Assembly (NCBI GenBank): GCA_963698035.1
Contig: OY969114.1
Coordinates: 240,001-272,000 of the forward strand
DNA: 32,000 nucleotides
Direction of reading: 5' to 3'
Origin: Candidatus Saccharimonadota bacterium
Lineage (GTDB): Archaea; Micrarchaeota; Micrarchaeia; Micrarchaeales; Micrarchaeaceae
The notes under the pieces were generated by a model. It saw nothing but the letters and a program-made list of their open reading frames with translations, had not been told where the DNA came from and ran no database searches. Below, one piece after another: positions 24,267 through 31,415 of the stretch (position 1 is its first letter; every line of letters starts with the position of its first letter). Position numbers and translations under genes: made by a program.

Positions 24267-24598
24267 CTACTGAGATTCGATAGACGCCGGATTATTTAGG
24301 CGCAGTTTTTTATTTTGACAAGTGCCATGCAGTGGCGACGCTTTCTTGGCGTGGAATATTGCATAGGCCACCCCATCGATTTTTGGAATCCTAAAGCTGT
24401 CATCAAAATATATGGGAGTTACGGTGCGGTAATGGAACAGACTGCTTTTCGTGAAGATTACGAGCCCTAGCCGTCCTTATGCCTCCGATCGCGCGACCAT
24501 GTGATTGTATTGTCATCCCTTGATGCTCTCTTCAGCGCATCGAATAATTTCTCAAGGTCTTCCTGATACCTACCAATGTACGCGAACATCCTGCACAT
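24267..24598 (-). pseudogene. Decayed class-II (N-terminal Cys nucleophile) glutamine amidotransferase-like gene
   Basis: Manual minus-strand translation from ATG 24598 gives MCRMFAYIGRYQEDLEKLFDALKRASRDDNTITWSRDRRHKDG, then TAG at 24469..24467. Shifting one frame continues GLVIFTKSSLFHYRTVTPIYFDDSF...VAYAIFHAKKAS. Together these resemble the MCR(M/L)..Y.G...H.DGWG...H.RKAS pattern of YafJ-type amidotransferases. The fragment is truncated after about 110 codons. An A/T box (CTTATAAATTTT) lies upstream. Confidence 0.5.
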
Positions 24599-24800
24599 AT
24601 CAATAGCGGAAATAAACGCGTGCAAAATTTATAAGTCCTGCGCTTAATGGGGTGCAAGCATAAGGTATATATTCCTTGCCAGAGATGTTTCAGATGCGCA
24701 TTCGGTGAGAGATATGCCAGAAAAAGAGAAAGAGCCGGAGAAGAAAGACCCAGGCGGCTGGGGCGGGTAAAGTATTTTGTTACGTCTGCATTTTCGGATA

Positions 24801-26303
24801 CTATTCTGCAGCCAATACGCCCCTGATATCAGCCTTTGACTTCCTCCTAGCAATGCTTCCCTTTTCATATTTTATTTCATCTGATTTGGGTGCACCATAA
24901 TACTGTTCGAGTATCTCACTCTGATTTGAATAGGCATTGTCAAACAGCCTATAGCACAGTTCTCCCAGTACGGTTTCGCGTATAATCATCGTTTTGCATG
25001 CCGTTCCTTCGATGCCCTTTAATACCCCCTCGGTTTTCTCCAGCTCATTATCCTTGAGTATCGTGTGCGCAAATACAATGCCGTTCGGAACGAATATATT
25101 TCCTTCAAGGGCAAACCTGTTCGTAGGAAGCTGCTCACCTATAACATATTCGAGCAGTCCTTGTCTACTTTTGTCAAAACGGCTGCTGTCCACAATGCTC
25201 ATAGAATAAAGTTCCAAGTGCCTTATTGGAAGGTTCCCCATAGTCAAGGTCACCCTTTTTATCACCCTCCTCTCTTTCAATGCGTCAAAAGTATAGTTTG
25301 ATCTGCCCCTATCAAAGCCGTATCTTTCATCTATCGCAGTGAACTCCTCTTTGCCGTTATTGCTGAGCTCCTTTAATACGGCATACTCTCTGTTCAGCAG
25401 CCTCGATTGCGACTGCCTCTGATCGCGGCTATCTGCTGACTTTATTTTTTCCTTTAGCACTTCCGCGAAGAATTTATCGCGCAGCGGAACGCAACCGTAT
25501 GCGCAATCGAATATCGAGCTGTACCACTGGGCCTTGTAAGAAGGGAACGCGCTTTTTTGCATCTCATAAATCTTCTTTGTCGCAATACGCGTGTCGTTCT
25601 CCACCACATAGTATATGAAAAGGTCGTAATCGCCGTTCAAGACCATGACCAGCTGCACTCTCGGGTCCTTCCCCAATGCCGCCTTTATTTCCTCAGGGCC
25701 CGGCTTCTTGTCCTCGAATTTTACAAAAATGATAAACTCCGCGTATCCGAGCTTTGTCACATCGATCTCAGCGAAATACCTGATCCCGTACCTTTTCTCC
25801 AGCTTCTCTATATGGTATGCGACCGCCGTAGGCTTCAGGCCAGCAATGCCCCCAATCAACTGCAACGGCGCCCTTGCATTCATGCTCAATGCCATCAGTA
25901 TCTTCTTTTCCGCTTCACTCATCTCGAGCTGGCTTGCCTGGGCAGCCTGGGCCGGAGGCTCGCTCTTTTCCCCTGTCCAGACCACCTTTCCTCCGCGCGC
26001 CTCTATGAGCTCCCTCGCCCTGTCCAAGGCACTCTTCCTGGAGGTTTTCTCCAGAAATGACCCGTCTTCCAATATCCTTCCCAGGTATTCGGATATGGTA
26101 TTCGGTTTCTTCTCCTGCTTGTTCCAGAACGCCTTTACCTTGTATACGTAATATTTTGAGTTGATGATCTTCAAAGAGATGTAGAATGGATATTTCCTCT
26201 TCAAGCTGGCGAATGATTCGGATACCTTCGGCGGAAAGTCCTGCATATATTTATATGCCACTATAACATATTTATACCTTATGTATTCCCCTTTTATAAC
26301 CAT
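24801..26303 (-). CDS. Tandem Lrp/AsnC-like (two HTH + RAM-like modules) regulator with a novel N-terminal domain
   Basis: Module 1 is EKKILMALSMNARAPLQLIGGIAGLKPTAVAYHIEKLEKRYGIRYFAEIDVTKLGY...LNGDYDLFIYYV. Module 2 is REYAVLKELSNNGKEEFTAIDERYGFDRGRSNYTFDALKERRVIKRVTLTMG.... The N-terminal ~110 aa contain SKYYVYKVKAFWNKQEKKPNTISEYLGRI, a beta-hairpin ..YLG motif also seen at the N-termini of some transposases. Confidence 0.7.
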   Translation of the reverse strand: MVIKGEYIRYKYVIVAYKYMQDFPPKVSESFASLKRKYPFYISLKIINSKYYVYKVKAFWNKQEKKPNTISEYLGRILEDGSFLEKTSRKSALDRARELIEARGGKVVWTGEKSEPPAQAAQASQLEMSEAEKKILMALSMNARAPLQLIGGIAGLKPTAVAYHIEKLEKRYGIRYFAEIDVTKLGYAEFIIFVKFEDKKPGPEEIKAALGKDPRVQLVMVLNGDYDLFIYYVVENDTRIATKKIYEMQKSAFPSYKAQWYSSIFDCAYGCVPLRDKFFAEVLKEKIKSADSRDQRQSQSRLLNREYAVLKELSNNGKEEFTAIDERYGFDRGRSNYTFDALKERRVIKRVTLTMGNLPIRHLELYSMSIVDSSRFDKSRQGLLEYVIGEQLPTNRFALEGNIFVPNGIVFAHTILKDNELEKTEGVLKGIEGTACKTMIIRETVLGELCYRLFDNAYSNQSEILEQYYGAPKSDEIKYEKGSIARRKSKADIRGVLAAE

Positions 26304-26783
26304 ATGAAATTAGCTTAAATTTGGGTATTATCCATTATTTGGTGGCTTTGCGCTAAACTTTGCTCCTTCTTTCATGATTCACAATTAAATACAAGGTCTG
26401 CCGTAAAGATAAATTGGGTTAAGGGCGGGAGAATGGATGGGGTAAGTGGCGAATCTGTATCTAATGCAGAGGAGCTTGTATCCTATTTGATGCCTGTCCA
26501 TCTTTTATCATCTTGCCTTACCTCTCACCGCTTGGGCGCACCGTTGAATTCGGTACGCCCAGGCTTTCCCTCAGAGATGACGGGTTTGACGCGCACGCCA
26601 AATTGTAACCTTCAAGCTAAATGGGGATTAGATGGAAATTGGGAACTGGATAAAAAAGACAATCAATGGCAGCAGGTGCTATTCTGATAGCAGGCCTACC
26701 AGCATCATAAGGCTGTCATCTAATGTCTGGCAGATAGTATACGCTGACGAAGTAGAGGATTACCTCGGGGCGCTTCGCTTTAG

Positions 26784-26921
26784 GAAGAGGCCTATGTCGA
26801 TGTAAGTGGAAATAATTTTGTGGTAAAAGCGTGGTTTGTTGCTGGCAGGGAGCCAAAGTATCCGTCTGCGTACATCGCGAAGTACATGAGCAAGGATTTT
26901 GGTAGGGTGATTAGGGGTTGA
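26784..26921 (+). pseudogene. Stop-bounded 45-codon fragment with a rolling-circle-Rep-like YxxKY motif (very tentative)
   Basis: The manual translation is EEAYVDVSGNNFVVKAWFVAGREPKYPSAYIAKYMSKDFGRVIRG*. SAYIAKYMSK resembles motif 3 (u-Y-u-x-K-Y-u-x-K) of HUH replication initiators. No motif 1 or 2 could be found in neighbouring frames. Confidence 0.2.
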
Positions 26922-27061
26922 GTGATTCTGATGCAGATATCTCTTAGATTATTTTTAGGCTGGAAGATGCGGAGCGTGTCTTATGATGAGAGGTTCCCTC
27001 TGCTGAGGATATGTTCCGTATTTGATCGATAATAATTATGAAATTATGATTGGTGCTTTGA

Positions 27062-29047
27062 ATGGCAGTAACTATGGACCGGCATAAGGACGCAAGTTGG
27101 GAATTGGGGAAGATGCAGGCAGCTTCGCTAGTACGAACATTAAGCGACAGTCAGAGGATAATGTCACTGGAGGTGATATCTGCTGAACTGAGAAGCCGCA
27201 TATACAGTACCGTGAAAACAGCCGGAAGCGGGCACTTGGGCGGCACGTCTTCCTCAGTAGAACTTATAACTGCTTTGTACTTTGGTGGACTGCTAAGGTA
27301 CGATATAAATAATCCGAGAAATTCAGAAAGAGACAGAGTTCTGGTAAGGGGCCACATGGGTCCGTTGCGGTATAGTCTTTTCTCTTTGCTCGGATGGGTG
27401 GGCGAAGAAGAACTTAAAACGTACAGGCAGCTTGGCTCAAGGCTGCAAGGACACGAGTCGATGGAACTTGTGCCAGGAGTTGATATAACGCCCAGCGGAT
27501 CGTTGGGAATGCTACTGTCTTATGGCGTTGGTTGCGGATACGCAGCGAAGAGTATGGGACGGAACTTCAAGACCTATATATTCTTAGGCGATGGAGAGGA
27601 GGAAGAGGGAAATGTGAGCGAAGCGGCGAGACACGCTGCGAAATTGGGGCTTGACAATATCGTCTGCATTCTGGATAAAAACGAGAAGCAGTTGTCCCGA
27701 CCAATAAAAGATGTAGATTCTACGGATATAAGGAAACTGTGGGAAGCTTATGGATGGGACGTTAGGGAAATCTATAATGGAAATTCAATAAAGGACGTCC
27801 TGGAGGCTTATCAGGGCTTAACAAAAATTAATAGACCTACTTTTGTTATAGCACACACTACAAAAGGCAAGGGCTTGATAGGGGCAGAAGAGAATTGCTG
27901 TGGATACCATACAATAAGCAGTTGTACAAATGCTGCACTGGTAAATTCTATCGAAGAACATAAAAATAAAGTTCTGGAGTCTGGGCTCGATCCAAAGTCT
28001 CTAGCCAGGGAGTTAGCCTCAAAATTCGAATCAAAAGAGGTAGATGCAATAGAGGCGCAGAAGGTGGTTTTCAATCTGCAGAGCTGCAGCAGAAAATCTG
28101 ACATCCCTTCTGCGCTGAAGGACAGCACAGGGCTTCTCGCCATAGAAACATCGAGACACAAACTCAGGCTCTATGCGATGACGGCAGATATGGTGCGCTC
28201 CGACACAATCCGTACATACGGCTTCGTGGAGGGAACGCATTACATAGACGTAGGTTTGCGGGAACAGCACCTCTTTGCCATGGCCCACGGTATTTCGCAT
28301 ACTGATAGGGACTCCCGCATCCTGATACTTCCGGGGGAACAGTTTATGTACCGTGCAGCGGATCAGCTCAATGTCATGGCTCAAGCGGGAACAAAGGCGG
28401 TAATCATCGTGCTCAAGGCAGGATTGGCAGACAATCACAACGGATCGACACACCAATCGGTCGGCCAGCCAGGGATGTTCTTTACGATGCCAGAAATTAC
28501 GGTCCTTGAACCGGCAGACGTGCTGGACTTCTATAACTGCGTGAACTATGCTTTCACCGAATATGACAAACCGATATATCTGAGGCTTACCGACGTCCCG
28601 GTCAGGTCCCTGAGCGCCAAAAACAGGAACGTGCGCTGGTATGTTTTGGATAACCCGCACAGCTCGCCAGATATTGTATTTGTTGCGAGCGGATTCCCGG
28701 TTTCCAATGCGGTAGAGGCTGGGGAGAAACTATACCGAGAACGGGGAATTATATCCAAGGTAATAAACGTCATAAACCAAAAGTCGCTTGACGAGGGATT
28801 CGTCAGGGAACTTGCGGAAGGAAAGCCAGTTCTTACCCTCTACAATGGGCATCCGGATATACTGAGACAAAACGTAGCGAGCACGGTAATGGAATTCGAC
28901 TCAAATAGGCCTTCGACAATCCATGGGCATGGGTTTAGGATAGGGACCTCGGGCAAATTGGATGCCCTGATACGGCATTTTAAGCTGGATGCGGACGGCA
29001 TAGCGGAACTTGCAGCGGATTTGGTATCGCTGAGGAGAGGACAATGA
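27062..29047 (+). CDS. Transketolase-family ThDP-dependent enzyme, N- and C-terminal halves fused (661 aa)
   Basis: Motifs are TAGSGHLGGTSSSVELITALYF, the ThDP motif GDGEEEEGNVSEAARHAAKLGLDNIVCILDKN, and IDVGLREQH in the pyrimidine-binding half. It is divergent from canonical Tkt, for example VRGHMGPLRYS where SKGH..P..Y is usual. Confidence 0.8.
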   Translation: MAVTMDRHKDASWELGKMQAASLVRTLSDSQRIMSLEVISAELRSRIYSTVKTAGSGHLGGTSSSVELITALYFGGLLRYDINNPRNSERDRVLVRGHMGPLRYSLFSLLGWVGEEELKTYRQLGSRLQGHESMELVPGVDITPSGSLGMLLSYGVGCGYAAKSMGRNFKTYIFLGDGEEEEGNVSEAARHAAKLGLDNIVCILDKNEKQLSRPIKDVDSTDIRKLWEAYGWDVREIYNGNSIKDVLEAYQGLTKINRPTFVIAHTTKGKGLIGAEENCCGYHTISSCTNAALVNSIEEHKNKVLESGLDPKSLARELASKFESKEVDAIEAQKVVFNLQSCSRKSDIPSALKDSTGLLAIETSRHKLRLYAMTADMVRSDTIRTYGFVEGTHYIDVGLREQHLFAMAHGISHTDRDSRILILPGEQFMYRAADQLNVMAQAGTKAVIIVLKAGLADNHNGSTHQSVGQPGMFFTMPEITVLEPADVLDFYNCVNYAFTEYDKPIYLRLTDVPVRSLSAKNRNVRWYVLDNPHSSPDIVFVASGFPVSNAVEAGEKLYRERGIISKVINVINQKSLDEGFVRELAEGKPVLTLYNGHPDILRQNVASTVMEFDSNRPSTIHGHGFRIGTSGKLDALIRHFKLDADGIAELAADLVSLRRGQ

Positions 29048-30402
29048 CTAGGGAAAAATCAGTAGAGCGCATCGACGAGGGCGTAGTCGAGAGAATTGAG
29101 GAGAGGTATATCGTAAGCCCAGCGCTACTGGGAAAATTCACTCAGTCCCTGGCAGGGTTTGTGGAAATCCAGAAATACCCCGAAGATTACGTGCAAACCA
29201 TTTATTTCAATAACCCCGAACATGAGCTACCGTTCGAAGTCTCGTTCAGGGCACGAAGAATAGCATCCTCGCACCTGGGCGTAACCCTAACGCCCAATGA
29301 AATTTTTAGAAGTGAGAAGAAATCGGAATATGTGGAAAGCAAGGTGGTGAAGGAGGTGGATCCGCCGATGGAGCTTGGCGCTATTATTTCAAGGTATTCC
29401 CTATTGACAAAAGTCCTTGACAATCCTATTACAATTCCACTTGCCCCCTACGTGGCCACGAGCTACGAAAGAAACAGCTATTGGGTAGGGAGCGTCGCCA
29501 GAATTACGATCGACAGGGATATAAGATATTACCTGATGGATGGATTGACCCCGGTATACATAGCTACAGAGGAGGGCGCAAGAATTGAGATAAAGTATCC
29601 AGAAGAGAAATCAGTTGCGCAGGGGATAAAAAGAGTGAGGGATGCCCTCGCCGGGATAAACGCCGAACCGACCATCCAAAAGAAGGTTGCGTCCTACAAC
29701 ATGCTTTGCGACCATTTGAGAAGCAAATCCAACAGGGCATCGCCAGTCCCCGAAACCGAGATAGAGGCAAAGCTTTCCCTAGATGGCGAGCACCAGTATG
29801 TAATCCATGATATAAAGCGGGACTTCTGCAATGGGCTTGTAAGAGGTTTTGAATTGTTGCCTGAACTGTCTTACTTGTTGGAGCGCGGAAAGCTTTATAG
29901 ATATAAACGCGCAAACGGCGGCGAAAACGTCAGGATAAATGTTGGAGAGGGATTTAGTAGAACAATCACTGTGAAAAACGAGGGGGAGATAGTCAATGAT
30001 GGCATAGAGCTAGGCTGCATCATTAAGAGGCATAAGTCGGAAGAGATTGCAGGCAACTACTTAGAAGGCGAAACCATTGGCACAATAAATAGGAGGCGGA
30101 AATACATTGTAGTGCAAAAAATTGGAACTGGTAATACCTATTCCATACAGGTAGATACGAGCACATGCATGGGGCAGCGGCTCTTCCAATTGGAGATCGA
30201 GGGCCAGCCTTCAAGCCCAGGAGCCGAGAAAGAGGCAATCGAGGACATAACTTTGCTTGCTGCCTTTTTGCTCAAAAAATATCCATTCTTAAGCCCGACG
30301 AAGCTGACGAAGAGAAAATGGCTAAACGATATGATTTTTAATATGCAATCCGAAGGGCTATTGAGGGGGGTAACATGCCAGGGCAAGAACAGCAGACTAT
30401 AG
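29044..30402 (+). CDS. Tandem triphosphate-tunnel-metalloenzyme protein (N-terminal VTC-like domain + C-terminal CYTH domain)
   Basis: The N-terminal half has RIEERYIVSP, YVQTIYFNNPEHELP, VSFRARR, RITIDRDIRYY and RIEIKYPEE. The C-terminal half has ETEIEAKLSL (ExExK), RTITVKNEG, INRRRKYIVV and FQLEIEG. The start overlaps the upstream stop (ATGA) and is preceded by GAGGAGAGG. Confidence 0.6.
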   Translation: MTREKSVERIDEGVVERIEERYIVSPALLGKFTQSLAGFVEIQKYPEDYVQTIYFNNPEHELPFEVSFRARRIASSHLGVTLTPNEIFRSEKKSEYVESKVVKEVDPPMELGAIISRYSLLTKVLDNPITIPLAPYVATSYERNSYWVGSVARITIDRDIRYYLMDGLTPVYIATEEGARIEIKYPEEKSVAQGIKRVRDALAGINAEPTIQKKVASYNMLCDHLRSKSNRASPVPETEIEAKLSLDGEHQYVIHDIKRDFCNGLVRGFELLPELSYLLERGKLYRYKRANGGENVRINVGEGFSRTITVKNEGEIVNDGIELGCIIKRHKSEEIAGNYLEGETIGTINRRRKYIVVQKIGTGNTYSIQVDTSTCMGQRLFQLEIEGQPSSPGAEKEAIEDITLLAAFLLKKYPFLSPTKLTKRKWLNDMIFNMQSEGLLRGVTCQGKNSRL

Positions 30403-31007
30403 AAGTAGGCGGCCGTAAAGTCGATATGGAATACTCTAAGAGAGGTCATAGGATATGTGTGGTATTGGTGCACGGTTTGTACGGCGACATGCGCGGCAGG
30501 TTGATCGAGAAGCTTTTCAACAGATTGAAGGGCGATTATGATGTGCTCAGGTTTAACTTCTCCTCCACTGGAAATCCAAAAAATATGGATACTAAAAAGT
30601 GCGTGACGGAACTGGAAGCTATCGTGGATTTCTTCGGGAACAGGAATATAGTACTCGTTGGCAAGTCTTTTGGCGCCTACATATCCTCAATAGTTGCAGC
30701 AGAGGAAAGATTTGATATTTTGGGCGTGATAGCCTTGGGCTACTATTTGCATGAAGAGGGCAAGCCTTCTGAGGTTTTTGACCAGAGCAGTGCTAGGACG
30801 ATAAAGGTACCTTTTACCATTGTGAAGGGAACCAATGACTTATACTGCAATGAAAATGTACTAAAGAAAGAAATTCCCAATTGCAAATTGCACGTAATCG
30901 GCAATGCAGACCATTCCTTTAAGCCAATTGCAAGCGGCACTAGCAGGGAAGATAATGAAGAAAAAGTCATCTCGCTTGTTGTGAAAGAGCTCAATAGCCT
31001 ACGCTAA
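30375..31007 (+). CDS. Small alpha/beta-fold hydrolase
   Basis: Motifs are VVLVHGLYGD, the nucleophile elbow LVGKSFGAY, and C-terminal GTNDLY...IGNADHSF (Asp/His). GAGGGGGG lies 7-14 nt upstream of ATG 30375. The gene overlaps the upstream gene by 28 nt; the alternative start is ATG 30426. Confidence 0.7.
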   Translation: MPGQEQQTIEVGGRKVDMEYSKRGHRICVVLVHGLYGDMRGRLIEKLFNRLKGDYDVLRFNFSSTGNPKNMDTKKCVTELEAIVDFFGNRNIVLVGKSFGAYISSIVAAEERFDILGVIALGYYLHEEGKPSEVFDQSSARTIKVPFTIVKGTNDLYCNENVLKKEIPNCKLHVIGNADHSFKPIASGTSREDNEEKVISLVVKELNSLR

Positions 31008-31152
31008 GGCAACTGAAACTGGCCCCTTTTGGACCCAGCTGCCTAATCAATTTTGATATATTCATTGGCATTGTCAGTTGCCTTCCTTATCCCATTCAAT
31101 ACCTCACCGTTATCAGAAACCCATACGTGGATACACTTGACCTTTGGTAAGA

Positions 31153-31224
31153 TGGACTCTGCGGGAATCGAACCCGCAATCTTCCGCTTGCAAAGCGGAC
31201 GCTTTACCATTAAGCCAAGAGCCC
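31153..31224 (-). tRNA. tRNA-Ala (anticodon UGC)
   Basis: The reverse complement is GGGCUCUUGGCUUAAUGGUAAAGCGUCCGCUUUGCAAGCGGAAGAUUGCGGGUUCGAUUCCCGCAGAGUCCA. It has a 7-bp acceptor stem with the G3:U70 Ala identity pair, anticodon loop UUUGCAA, and T arm GCGGG-UUCGAUU-CCCGC. There is no intron and no encoded CCA. Confidence 0.92.
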
Positions 31225-31415
31225 TTTTTAACTATCGGACATCTAGATTTATTATCTTATACATTTAAAGTTATCTCTTAACATTTGGGATTCTGCGGCG
31301 AAGACAAAAGCATTTATGCAGGGCAGGAGGACGTAATCCAGAAGAAGATAATAGCTGTTGTGATGCTCGGCACGATGATGGGCGCCTTGCGCCATATGCT
31401 GTAGCTTTTAAGAAT

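Noticed and set aside
24647-24820. Unlisted 57-codon plus-strand ORF MGCKHKVYIPCQRCFRCAFGERYARKRER... with four Cys (possible small zinc-binding protein)
   Set aside because: The Cys spacing (C-x7-C-x2-C-x2-C) is not a standard zinc-ribbon. The ATG sits only about 12 nt after the nearest A/T box. The ORF also overlaps the 3' end of the tandem-Lrp gene. Support is insufficient.
26233-26241. GGAAAGTCC, resembling the RNase P RNA CR-I core (GAGGAAAGUCC)
   Set aside because: It lies inside the well-supported tandem-Lrp CDS on the opposite strand. None of the other RNase P conserved regions were seen nearby.
26433-26687. 84-aa plus-strand ORF in the 26304-27061 gap
   Set aside because: It has no family resemblance and an irregular composition. 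Neighbouring frames are full of stops. It is more likely chance or decayed sequence than a live gene.
24240-26823. An exact 13-nt direct repeat AATAATTTTGTGG at 24240-24252 and 26811-26823, flanking the pseudogene and the tandem-Lrp gene (possible att-like duplication)
   Set aside because: By rough expectation (about 5e8 position pairs against 4^13 sequences), several 13-mer repeats should occur by chance in 32 kb, and more in AT-rich DNA. No integrase or transposase lies between the copies.
26983-27006. C-box-like ATGATGA followed 13 nt later by CTGA (possible C/D box sRNA)
   Set aside because: I could not find a matching C'/D pair or a terminal stem. The spacing gives only half of a canonical ~55-nt archaeal C/D sRNA. 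Such short motifs are expected by chance in AT-rich DNA.
31043-31160. A minus-strand open frame running from inside tRNA-Ala outward (..KVKCIHVWVSDNGEVLNGIRKATDNANEYIKID*), considered as a split SSV-type integrase fragment
   Set aside because: Only about 35 codons lie beyond the tRNA. There are no integrase motifs (no R..HxxR..Y pattern), and this is far too short for an Int(C) fragment. The plus-strand ORF 31053..31268 across the tRNA is likewise spurious.
31287-31300. GGGATTCTGCGGCG, resembling the tRNA-Ala 3' region (forward GGACTCTGCGGG), as a possible att remnant
   Set aside because: Only about 11 of 13 positions match, with an indel. It also lies on the 5' side of the tRNA, the wrong side for the AT-rich segment.
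31285-31404. TTG-initiated 39-codon ORF ending in a hydrophobic segment (..KKIIAVVMLGTMMGALRHML*)
   Set aside because: It has no ATG or GTG start and a stop lies two codons upstream of the TTG. It has no motif and is too short to support.
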